DNA from: a virus
Taxonomy: Duplodnaviria > Caudoviricetes
DNA: 64,000 nt
Direction: 5' to 3' (one strand)
Virus record (IMG/VR): IMGVR_UViG_3300020577_002484
Span: 1-64,000 of that record
The notes under the pieces were generated by a model that was not told the DNA's origin, did no database searches, and saw only the letters and a list, made by a program, of their open reading frames with translations. Shown here piece by piece: positions 55,867 to 64,000 of the stretch; position 1 is the stretch's first letter, and each line of letters opens with the position of its first letter. A program made the position numbers and the translations under genes.

Positions 55867-56352
55867 TTATTTGCCCAAGATACCAACAGAAACATTGATA
55901 CTGTTGCTGCCGGGATTTGCGATTTTGAAAATATCCGCAGACGATGCGGTAACGATATAACCACCAACACCACTAAACAAGAACAGACATCCAGTGGGTC
56001 CAACCACAACCTTGTCAGTAGCAGAACCGAGCCAAGCGGCAAAATTGCTGTTACCAACTTCAATGGTGTCACCGGGCGTGGCGTTCAAGTTAATGACGCA
56101 GAATCCATAAACCACAGTAAAGACAGAGGACTGACCAAGGAGGTCAGTCAATGCTCCACTGAGGTCAATGCTCTGGTTACCACTTCCAGAGATTGCGTAC
56201 TTGTTATGGAAGAACAAAGCCGTATCGCTGGGAACCGTCGGGGCAAATGAAAGGAAGAAGTTTTCAACCTGAACAGAACCATCAGTAGAACTTTTGGTTG
56301 ATTTCGCTCCAAAAGTCAAGGACGCTTGCTTATTGTCAAGTGTCAAACTCAT
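55867..56352 (-). CDS. Beta-rich virion protein
   Basis: TAATG coupling with the major tail gene. Confidence 0.6.
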   Translation of the reverse strand: MSLTLDNKQASLTFGAKSTKSSTDGSVQVENFFLSFAPTVPSDTALFFHNKYAISGSGNQSIDLSGALTDLLGQSSVFTVVYGFCVINLNATPGDTIEVGNSNFAAWLGSATDKVVVGPTGCLFLFSGVGGYIVTASSADIFKIANPGSNSINVSVGILGK

Positions 56353-56837
56353 TAGGACGATCTCGCAGCGGTGACCTTAGTAATGTTGCACTTACCAGAG
56401 ATGGACACCGTACCATCTTTGGCGTTGTGATCCAACTTCTCATAGCGGAAGTCAGAGAGGGTAATGGTTTCCTTCTTGATGCCAGCACAACCCGGAGTGT
56501 AGATCACGACAAGATCAACAGCATACGGTCGGCAAGCATCAGTATCAGAAGATGCCCAAGAAGAGGCTCCGCCGGTCTGCTTGAGGGCATCCTCCAAAGT
56601 GGTCTCACCAGTGTCACCAGTGATGAAATCCCACTTCGCGTCGATCTTGACATCCACAGGAACGTCATCACCTTCCCGCACCTCATCAATGACGCCACGA
56701 TTGAGCTTATACTCAATGTTTCGGCTTTCGGTGTAGGTAAGGGTACCTTCACCAATCGTAACGTCAATATGATTCGGGGTCGGAGAAGTTCCGTCCTGAA
56801 TACGAATGACTGCCTTTTTCAGGGAAAATTGGGACAT
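56352..56837 (-). CDS. Major tail (tube) protein
   Basis: GEGTLTYTE, FRYEKLD...GTVSISGKC; position after the terminator gene. Confidence 0.75.
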   Translation of the reverse strand: MSQFSLKKAVIRIQDGTSPTPNHIDVTIGEGTLTYTESRNIEYKLNRGVIDEVREGDDVPVDVKIDAKWDFITGDTGETTLEDALKQTGGASSWASSDTDACRPYAVDLVVIYTPGCAGIKKETITLSDFRYEKLDHNAKDGTVSISGKCNITKVTAARSS

Positions 56838-56839
56838 TG

Positions 56840-57286
56840 CTACTCCTCTATGAGAAGATTATAAGAAGCCTCAATGGTACCACATTGTAGTCCCTTTGGA
56901 GATTCTTGATCGTACCTCTCAGTAATTACGCTTGTTATTTGATCGAAACACCCTAACAGTTCACCATTATCATCCACACCGCTTCCGTACTTGTAAATTG
57001 GTATAGATGTAGTGAAACAGGGCAACCCCTCACCAAGTATCCTATCAAAAGCGTAAAGATCACTTTGGGTCATCTCAACTTGGACTAGCAAATTGATATA
57101 GACTGTAAGAGTGAACCTTCCTTTGGTAGTTTCAGAGATATTAGGACCATCTATCCGTAACTCGTAACGAGTTACATCGGGATGATCGCTTTCACCCTCA
57201 ACTACCAATTTCACTTCTGATGGCAAACTTGTTTGAAAATGTTTTGCTATAGAAGATTTTACCCATCTAGGCCAATGCTTATTCAT
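56840..57286 (-). CDS. Tail terminator-like protein
   Basis: Synteny and size. Confidence 0.55.
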   Translation of the reverse strand: MNKHWPRWVKSSIAKHFQTSLPSEVKLVVEGESDHPDVTRYELRIDGPNISETTKGRFTLTVYINLLVQVEMTQSDLYAFDRILGEGLPCFTTSIPIYKYGSGVDDNGELLGCFDQITSVITERYDQESPKGLQCGTIEASYNLLIEE

Positions 57287-57674
57287 GTGCCTCCGTGGTG
57301 ACTACATAGCCAAAACCCTCAATATCAGTAACATCCTTAATGGCATACTCAATATCTCGGTATTTGACAACATCCCCGATCTTAGGGATAAACTCCATGT
57401 CTTTCCTGTCGATCGCATATTGGGTAGAACCCAAAGTAACTTCAGAGCCAAAACGAAAATGCCTGAATACCGCTCCAAACTCTACGCTTGATGAGGATAA
57501 TTCAGGCATTTTTATAGCTCTCTGGATGTCATAATCCTGATCTGTGACTGCTGCCAGTCCAGTTTCCAAGTTTCTTTGGCCAGATGTTCTTCTGATAATG
57601 GTAACAGGCACACCATACTGTCTTTTCAGACGGTAAAAGGTTTGCTTGATAAACTGTGTTTGATTATTGACCAC
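57279..57674 (-). CDS. Head closure / head-tail joining protein
   Basis: YGVPVTIIR, PKIGDVV...EYAI pattern. Confidence 0.65.
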   Translation of the reverse strand: MVNNQTQFIKQTFYRLKRQYGVPVTIIRRTSGQRNLETGLAAVTDQDYDIQRAIKMPELSSSSVEFGAVFRHFRFGSEVTLGSTQYAIDRKDMEFIPKIGDVVKYRDIEYAIKDVTDIEGFGYVVTTEAHE

Positions 57675-58128
57675 TGGTCCTTCCTTTGGTCTCCAACTTC
57701 AAGACCCTATTAGAAGTTTCCTTTTCCGAGATTTTCAGTTCCTTCATATCATTGAGAATCACATCAATCTTATCTTCCATTCGGATGATAGTCTTGACAG
57801 CATTCTGCAACTCCTTGATGTCGGTCTTAATAGAGGCGACATCTGAGGTGATATAAGGTTTGTCTCTGGACCAAGAGGTTTTATCTATCTCTTTCTGAAG
57901 CTCACCAACCTTATCTTGTAGAATTTCGCGAGTTACGAAAGTCTTCTCAAAGGCTGATAATTGAGCATTCGGTCCGAAAGATAACCATGTTCCTAGACCA
58001 GTGATTAGGGCCGTAAGTAAGACTGCTACAAGTCCAATCAGAACATTGTTAAGCCTATCCTTAGTTCTTTCGTTTCTTTCAAGAATCATTTCCTCAGAAA
58101 ATTCTTGAAAATCTATTGTATCAGTCAT
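57664..58128 (-). CDS. Single-TM coiled-coil protein (possible holin or lysis accessory)
   Basis: VLIGLVAVLLTALITGLGTW followed by a coiled coil. Confidence 0.5.
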   Translation of the reverse strand: MTDTIDFQEFSEEMILERNERTKDRLNNVLIGLVAVLLTALITGLGTWLSFGPNAQLSAFEKTFVTREILQDKVGELQKEIDKTSWSRDKPYITSDVASIKTDIKELQNAVKTIIRMEDKIDVILNDMKELKISEKETSNRVLKLETKGRTSGQ

Positions 58129-58151
58129 CTATGGTCACTTTCTAAGAAAAC

Positions 58152-58183
58152 ACTCAGGGTTGGTATTGCTACCAACCCTGAGT
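58152..58183 (-). terminator. Terminator after the major capsid gene
   Basis: Perfect 14-bp stem, GCAA loop, then GTTTTCTT on the minus strand. Confidence 0.85.
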
Positions 58184-58191
58184 AGAAAGGA

Positions 58192-59592
58192 TTAACCCAT
58201 GAGGACGCAACCCAGATTGGTGTCGAGAACCTTGATGCCGAACAGCATGTCAAGGGTCACTTGAGTACCCTGCTTGGTCGGGTTGTACGACAAGGTCGCC
58301 CGGAGGGACAGACCATTGTAGTTCACGACCGCAGCACGAGCACCAGAACCTGCCGGAGGCAGGGCCAGAGGACGGACAACCAACGCAATTGCGTTGCGAT
58401 GGAACGCAAAGTTGTAGTCACCGGTACCCATCGGGTAGATCGGATCGCTGTTGCTGATAGCAGCCTCCAGCGGACGATCCAACAGAATGGTGTTGTCGGT
58501 GGAATTGGCGTCAACGATCGTGTAGACCGCAGACGAGGCAGAAGTGCCAAACGTAACCATCTGACCATCTTGGAACTTGATAGTCGGGTTGGTCACAGCA
58601 ATGGTCTTCGTCCAACCAGCAGCATATCCACCACTCAGGTTCACGGAGCCGCCAGTGATCGGGGTGATCACAGCGTTGTCAGCAACCGCAGAACGCAGAC
58701 CCGGAGCAGCAATGGTGATACCAGTGGTGTTTCCGGTCGTCAGGGACGAAGAAACAACACGGTACGGATCACTTCCAATCAGGATGAAGCTGTTGGACGG
58801 GATCGCATCACCAGTGAAACCATCAACCACCAGAACAGTCGTACCAACCGCGTAGCTACCAGAGTGATTGACAGCACCGGCAGACCCGGTGGTAACGCTA
58901 CCAATGCTGGCCATGTTCTGACCCATGTAGTGGTCAAAACCGAGCTTGCGGTCAATCATCGCGTTCCGCATTGCAGCACCACCGTCACCGGAGGTATTGG
59001 CCTGAAGGATAATGTCGGCCTTCAAGACGTTAGTCTCGGAGGACGGTGCCCAAACGATGTTACGACCCGAAACGTACGCCTTGTTGATGTTCATCTTGTT
59101 ACGAACATCGAGGATCTTGTCCTTGGCGTTCGAGCTAGTCAGACCACCGGGCGTACCAACAAAGTTGGCATAGAACTGAGAATACTGACCGAGAACGATC
59201 TGATCAATGAACCGGGCCTGAGCGAGCAGGGCCGGAGCGAGGTAAGTGGCAACCAGATCCTTGAAGGACCAAGTTTGTTCCACGTCGCGGATCAGGAACG
59301 AGACTTCAGCATGCTGGTTCAACGGGACAGCCACATTCGTGGAAGTCGCATCTTGCAGCGTGATGTCGTCGTTCGTACCCTTACGCTTCGATTGGAACTC
59401 GCCCGGACGACGGGTGTTTACCGTGTCGCCATAGGCTTGGAGTTGATTCTCGAAATCCCGGTGGACGAGGTTGGTAGCGACCATGTTCTCTTCGAGAATG
59501 GCCAAACCTTCCTGTGCCCAGAGTTCCGGGATGAAGGGATCAACACTGTTGGCGAACACGCGGATAGCGTGGTTGAGAATGGAATTTTCCAT
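58192..59592 (-). CDS. Major capsid protein (HK97 fold, P22-coat-like) with inserted domains
   Basis: FIPELWAQE, GDTVNTRRP, FAFHRNAIALVVRPL, TLDMLFGIKVL. Confidence 0.9.
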   Translation of the reverse strand: MENSILNHAIRVFANSVDPFIPELWAQEGLAILEENMVATNLVHRDFENQLQAYGDTVNTRRPGEFQSKRKGTNDDITLQDATSTNVAVPLNQHAEVSFLIRDVEQTWSFKDLVATYLAPALLAQARFIDQIVLGQYSQFYANFVGTPGGLTSSNAKDKILDVRNKMNINKAYVSGRNIVWAPSSETNVLKADIILQANTSGDGGAAMRNAMIDRKLGFDHYMGQNMASIGSVTTGSAGAVNHSGSYAVGTTVLVVDGFTGDAIPSNSFILIGSDPYRVVSSSLTTGNTTGITIAAPGLRSAVADNAVITPITGGSVNLSGGYAAGWTKTIAVTNPTIKFQDGQMVTFGTSASSAVYTIVDANSTDNTILLDRPLEAAISNSDPIYPMGTGDYNFAFHRNAIALVVRPLALPPAGSGARAAVVNYNGLSLRATLSYNPTKQGTQVTLDMLFGIKVLDTNLGCVLMG

Positions 59593-59604
59593 TAGGGCCT
59601 TTCA

Positions 59605-60459
59605 TTAACCGTTAAGGACTTGCTTTCTGAAATTTTTGCGATACTGTTCAGGAGTCATTTGGGAGGGGTCCATAGTTCCACGAGAACCAGTGTTACCTTG
59701 TCCGCCCACTCCATTGTTCGCAGTATCCTTGAAGAGGTTTCCATACTTCTCAGGGGTGTCTTTCATAATTTTCACGGCCTCTTGTACCGTAATATCGAGA
59801 ATCGCAGGTTTCTTGTCCTTGTCCAAGGTCGGCATTTTGACTTTCGTCTGGAATTCCCCGGTGGGGTTACCTTCTGCGTCTTGGACCTCGACAACGCGGG
59901 CATTGCCGCGAATCATGGCAGCAATCTGATCCGGATCAAAGGCACCACTAGATGCGGCAGCATCTGAAATTTCTCGGGCGATAGTCGATTCCTTGTACCG
60001 TCTTTCCCAAGCTTCTGCCGACTGCTTTGCAGCAGTAATATCCGTGGTATACTGGTTCTTGAGCTTCTCTTGTTCCTTGCGGGCAAGCTCTTCTTTGGAC
60101 ATAAGAGTCTCATTGAGTTCAGTAATCTTAGTCTCAAGAGACTGCTTTTGCTGAGCCGTGAGTCCGTGATCCTTCTTCAACTTTTCCAGTTCCGTAATCG
60201 TTTTACGAGTTGCTTCCTCGCCACGAGTACGTTCCTGTTCGATCATCTTGGCCACCTCTTCCTTGGTGTAGGTCTGAGGGGTGTTGCCACCTTCTCCAGC
60301 ACCTGCTCCAGTTCCAGTTCCGGCCCCAGCACCTGCTCCGGTACCAGTACCGGCTCCAGCACCTGCTCCAGAACCTTCACCTTCCATGATACGATCGAAG
60401 GAATCAGTCACGACACAGTTGATGATAAAGTTTTTCTTCATTAGTTTCTCCGAATTCAA
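59605..60459 (-). CDS. Capsid scaffolding protein
   Basis: Gly/Ala linker, YTKEEV, coiled coil, PEKYGNLF, MTPEQY tail; upstream of the capsid gene. Confidence 0.8.
   Translation of the reverse strand: MNSEKLMKKNFIINCVVTDSFDRIMEGEGSGAGAGAGTGTGAGAGAGTGTGAGAGEGGNTPQTYTKEEVAKMIEQERTRGEEATRKTITELEKLKKDHGLTAQQKQSLETKITELNETLMSKEELARKEQEKLKNQYTTDITAAKQSAEAWERRYKESTIAREISDAAASSGAFDPDQIAAMIRGNARVVEVQDAEGNPTGEFQTKVKMPTLDKDKKPAILDITVQEAVKIMKDTPEKYGNLFKDTANNGVGGQGNTGSRGTMDPSQMTPEQYRKNFRKQVLNG
60298..60369. repeat. 30-nt-period repeat encoding GAGAGAGTGT
   Basis: AGCACCTGCTCC at 60298, 60328 and 60358. Confidence 0.85.
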
Positions 60460-60460
60460 A

Positions 60461-60976
60461 TTAACTTGTCCGACTCACAATCAATGAGCCATGTTGTCTG
60501 AGATACGGTTTGATATACAGCCAAGCCTCTAACGATGGTATACCGGCTAGTATATGGTCAGGAACTTTGTTACGATCGTAGTTAGTATTCACAGGACCAA
60601 TCCTGTGTTGCGTAACTGACAGATCCATTAGTTCCATTTCGGTATCCCTACCATCGAGCAGAGACAGGGCGATTAAGCATGTCGCTATAACGATGTTTTT
60701 AGGGATTGTGGTATCCGTACCACGAGGGAATTGACGAGATTGATTCTCATCAGCTTTTTCACCTAAGAAATTCAACCGATCAATCATTCTAGTGGCTGAT
60801 CTCAGTGCTTTATCTTGATCGGCTTCTGAAGCCCCATCCCAAGCTGCCGTACCGAGCATTTCCAAAAAGACTTGATTAGCGGTATCAATCGAGCAATAAG
60901 GGGAAATACTAACGAAAACTGAAACATTGTCACTTGGCTGAAGGTCATCACTAAGGCTTTGGTCAACATCTGCCAT
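60461..60976 (-). CDS. Head-tail adaptor (DnaT_2/gp15-like)
   Basis: YCSIDTA, DKALRSATRMID, QSRQFPR. Confidence 0.75.
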   Translation of the reverse strand: MADVDQSLSDDLQPSDNVSVFVSISPYCSIDTANQVFLEMLGTAAWDGASEADQDKALRSATRMIDRLNFLGEKADENQSRQFPRGTDTTIPKNIVIATCLIALSLLDGRDTEMELMDLSVTQHRIGPVNTNYDRNKVPDHILAGIPSLEAWLYIKPYLRQHGSLIVSRTS

Positions 60977-62748
60977 TAGTCATTCCTCCCTACATTCTTT
61001 TTACCAATTCCCCGTTTTTCCTTCCCTTGCTTTTCTTTTTGAGAAGCCTTAGGGTCAGTGGAAAGGTCTTTCACACCTCTAGCACCCGGATCTCCACCAA
61101 CAGGACCATTATCGGCTGGTCCCATCTTCGCATCACTTTGTGCTTGTGCAATCTGGGTTGCTCGTTCGATAAATTCCTCTTCAGCCTTGTCAGCTTCACC
61201 TTCAGGGTATCCTCTGAGCTTGCTACCAAGTTCCTTACTGCAAACACCAGCTTCAACATCTTGGATCAAGGTAGCTGGATCACAGACAATATTTTCGAGA
61301 ACATCAATTTCACTGTTGATTCTCTCAAGAGTCTCTGTGGGCACCTTGGATTCAAGAAGTGTTCGCATTGCTGATTTGGCAAGTTCCTTCTTACCAGTTA
61401 ATGAAGGTATACGAGGAATTAAGTCGATGCACTTACTGGCTTCGTCGCGACGTTCGTCATCACTCTTTAGTCTGTAGTTGGTAGGATACCGGATGAAAGC
61501 CTGATCCTCGTTCTCATACATACTCCAAAGTTCAGCCAAACATCGTTCACCATACTCCAACTCCAACCCGATGTAACTAAGACCGTTTTCAAGACTACGA
61601 TCATCAGCTACTTTGCTAGTATCACTAGCTCTCACAGGGTTGAGGTTCATAATGGTCAGGCTCAGCATCAATCTGATCTCAGATTTGAGTTGATCCTGTT
61701 TCTCCATCGAAGCCTTCATTGGTTCAGCAGAAGGATGAATGAATCCCGGACGATCCAAATTCTTGTGGTACACTCTACCACGCATGGACCCGACTTGGAT
61801 TTCTTCATCAGAAGCCTTACCAGCGGACTTTTCAGTACCACTTACAGTAGAATTCTCATCCCTATCTGCGTCAGAATCTCCCATCCTGAGGAACTCAGAA
61901 GTCATCTTCTGGTTCATGTCTTGTTGCTCAGTATAGAAGGTATGATTCGCGTTCATCGCGAAAGACATATCCGATGAGGCAAGATTCAGTAGAGCGATCT
62001 GATAATCCGCAATGTCTTTCATCAAACTGGATGACAGTTCAAGGATAACAAAGGGTATTTTCGTCAAATTGAGTTCGACTGGTTGTGAATATACTGAATT
62101 ATTGGGGTCTTCTCCGTGTAATTGCATCATTACACGACCATTTTCCCCTATCCACATTCGACGGTAAGAGGTATTATACCCTATTGGGAAACCACTCTCT
62201 TCATCGTATTGGTAACCTGTATCTTGGAGCAGAATACTCGAAATGTTGAAACTCTCATCATAGTCCCAACACAGGATCTCTTCAGCTTTGTAGATGTAGG
62301 CATATGGTCTCAGACCAAGATTTGACGCAATATCTGGGCCTCTTTTGGGTGGTTTGTCGAGGAAAATCCCTACTTTACCCATAGAAAGCAGTTCTGGTAG
62401 CACTTTGAAGCCTAAGAAACCGTTCATTGAGTTTCCGCGACGATCAACACCACCGTTATTACCATCAATTACGTCCCTATATGACTTGGGACCACCTCGT
62501 CGAACAATATCTACCATTCTCTGGAAGATAGAGTTCTTAACTTCATCAACTGCAACTTTCGCAAAAGAGGGAGAGTAGCTAATAAGTTTGCGTCTAGCAA
62601 AATCATTAGCATCTTCTCTTTTGCTGAATTGTTGCAGGTATCTATCACGGAAAGTTGAGCCTCCGTAGTAGCACATCCGCCACTTGTCCCAATCCAAAGA
62701 GGATTCCAAGTAGTAGGGATGTCTCAATCCACCTATTCCTTGTACCAT
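60976..62748 (-). CDS. Portal protein
   Basis: 590 aa directly after the terminase; WDKWRMCYYGG...F..R. Confidence 0.85.
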   Translation of the reverse strand: MVQGIGGLRHPYYLESSLDWDKWRMCYYGGSTFRDRYLQQFSKREDANDFARRKLISYSPSFAKVAVDEVKNSIFQRMVDIVRRGGPKSYRDVIDGNNGGVDRRGNSMNGFLGFKVLPELLSMGKVGIFLDKPPKRGPDIASNLGLRPYAYIYKAEEILCWDYDESFNISSILLQDTGYQYDEESGFPIGYNTSYRRMWIGENGRVMMQLHGEDPNNSVYSQPVELNLTKIPFVILELSSSLMKDIADYQIALLNLASSDMSFAMNANHTFYTEQQDMNQKMTSEFLRMGDSDADRDENSTVSGTEKSAGKASDEEIQVGSMRGRVYHKNLDRPGFIHPSAEPMKASMEKQDQLKSEIRLMLSLTIMNLNPVRASDTSKVADDRSLENGLSYIGLELEYGERCLAELWSMYENEDQAFIRYPTNYRLKSDDERRDEASKCIDLIPRIPSLTGKKELAKSAMRTLLESKVPTETLERINSEIDVLENIVCDPATLIQDVEAGVCSKELGSKLRGYPEGEADKAEEEFIERATQIAQAQSDAKMGPADNGPVGGDPGARGVKDLSTDPKASQKEKQGKEKRGIGKKNVGRND

Positions 62749-64000
62749 TTACTCTCTAATATCCTCATTTTCGCCAGCACCTAAAGCGAATCTGAAGGCT
62801 AACTCTGAGTAGTTTCGAGCATGTGCGAAGTGGTCTGCTACCCCTTCACCAATCTCATACCTACCCATAGGGTTACCATCAGCATCTCTTAGGTATCGTC
62901 TGACGGGGGCTTTGATGTGGTCTTTGTACGCTGTAGGAGTGTCAATAGGGAGACTTATTGTCTTATTTTTGAACCTTCCAAGGGAAATATCAAGCCAAGA
63001 AGTTCTATCAACCTTGATAATTGGCTCAATATCGTCATCTTTTGACGTTAAGATCGTTCTTCCGACCTTATTTTGTGTATAGTAACAAACGTGTGCCCGA
63101 CCATAGAATCGTCTAGCAAACTGCAATGACAATCTACGTTCGGGTTGGGCATCAATCACAGCATGGCATATATTGTACCTTTTCATCAACTTGTCCAAGT
63201 CTGAAAAGTCAACTACCGTGCCCATTCTAAGACAAATACACATGCTATCTAAGGCTACATCATTGCTGGTATTCTTCTTAGGAGGCTTCCACCAGTCAAT
63301 CTCGTAGTGGCATTCAGCCCCAACGTCAATTCCCATGGTAATGATACCATCAGGGATTGGGTCGTCGAATCTATTCTTATACCCCTTAATGATAGCGTAG
63401 TCAACCTGTTCGTCGTTGATTCGTGCACCTTCGACAGCATGGGTCAGACCTAGTTTACTGTTGTAGAATTCCTGTTCAACAGTTGGATCTTTCTTGCTGT
63501 CAAAGAACATTTTTGCAATAGCTTGTGGCTTAACGGCTGAAGAATACAGTTGGCTGACTGAAAATCCTCGGCTGAGGGCTTGTGGCTTCCTTGGTACCCA
63601 TACCCCAGAAGCGAGATACTCCCATTTACCATCATGAGAAAGTTTATTTTTACATTCCGTACATTGCAGATAACTATCTACAATTCTAGGATCTTCACCG
63701 TGTTCGGCAGTGATGACCAGTGACTCTGGGAATGAGAAAATAATCTTTCTACTACAACAGGGGCAGGTGAAGAAGAACTGTTCCTTTGTGGATTCTTCAT
63801 GGTACTTGTCGATACCTCTGCCAGCTATGGTAGGAGTAGAGATCATCCAAATCTCTTTTTCCATTTGTCCGGATGTGCGTTCAAGTGCAAGAGCGATATT
63901 CTCTTGCACCATAACCTCAACCTCATCGAGGATGAGAAAGGCCACCGGAACCGATCGAAGCCCAGCTTTAGACTGACTGCCTCTAATCATCATACTGGCA
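62749..64000 (-). CDS. Terminase large subunit, GpA-type (5' part outside the window)
   Basis: LILDE Walker B, ISTPT, FTCPCC, MGIDVG, DHFAHA; frame open to the window edge. Confidence 0.9.
   Translation of the reverse strand, partial: ASMMIRGSQSKAGLRSVPVAFLILDEVEVMVQENIALALERTSGQMEKEIWMISTPTIAGRGIDKYHEESTKEQFFFTCPCCSRKIIFSFPESLVITAEHGEDPRIVDSYLQCTECKNKLSHDGKWEYLASGVWVPRKPQALSRGFSVSQLYSSAVKPQAIAKMFFDSKKDPTVEQEFYNSKLGLTHAVEGARINDEQVDYAIIKGYKNRFDDPIPDGIITMGIDVGAECHYEIDWWKPPKKNTSNDVALDSMCICLRMGTVVDFSDLDKLMKRYNICHAVIDAQPERRLSLQFARRFYGRAHVCYYTQNKVGRTILTSKDDDIEPIIKVDRTSWLDISLGRFKNKTISLPIDTPTAYKDHIKAPVRRYLRDADGNPMGRYEIGEGVADHFAHARNYSELAFRFALGAGENEDIRE

Noticed and set aside
58261-59595. 444-aa plus-strand ORF
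   Set aside because: Antisense shadow of the GC3-rich capsid gene; no motifs
10270-60352. GGTA-N4-TACC matches inside genes (about 10270, 24041, 40238, 42516, 60340)
   Set aside because: Explained by Gly-Thr codon pairs; not counted as regulatory

Overview
The window is a 64-kb segment of a large tailed dsDNA phage with siphovirus-like tail genes. No host genes, integrase, CRISPR array or transposon were seen. Almost all genes are on the minus strand. The exception is a plus-strand block (31.3-36.5 kb: primase-helicase, dNMP kinase, DNA adenine methyltransferase, exonuclease) that diverges from a ParB-like gene across a repeat-rich, origin-like intergenic region and ends at a bidirectional terminator. 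From 64 to 36.5 kb lies the late operon: GpA-type terminase (partial), portal, adaptor, scaffold, major capsid, neck and tail genes, a tail chaperone with a -1 frameshift, tape measure, a large tail-tip protein, a variable tail module, a C92 amidase and a metallophosphoesterase. From 31 to 18 kb are replication genes: two ParB-like proteins, an SSB-like protein, an SNF2 helicase, PolA, VRR-NUC, an intein-containing class II RNR and an NYN protein. From 17 to 0 kb is an accessory region: sigma factor, two tRNAs plus a tRNA-like element, a Tad1-like anti-defence protein, a PD-(D/E)XK nuclease, a structured ncRNA candidate, a secreted Cys-rich peptide, DNA ligase, PhoH, Ndk, ThyX, Dcd, a NucA-type nuclease and CsrA. 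The most notable observations are: (1) a TGGTAC-based cis-element system (a conserved 40-bp double-palindrome before two genes, plus four iteron-like repeats before parB) alongside two ParA-less ParB proteins; (2) a ~175-nt structured RNA followed by an unannotated cationic 8-Cys secreted peptide; (3) a tRNA paralogue with a 14-bp extended anticodon arm. All family assignments are by motif recognition from memory; no searches were run.
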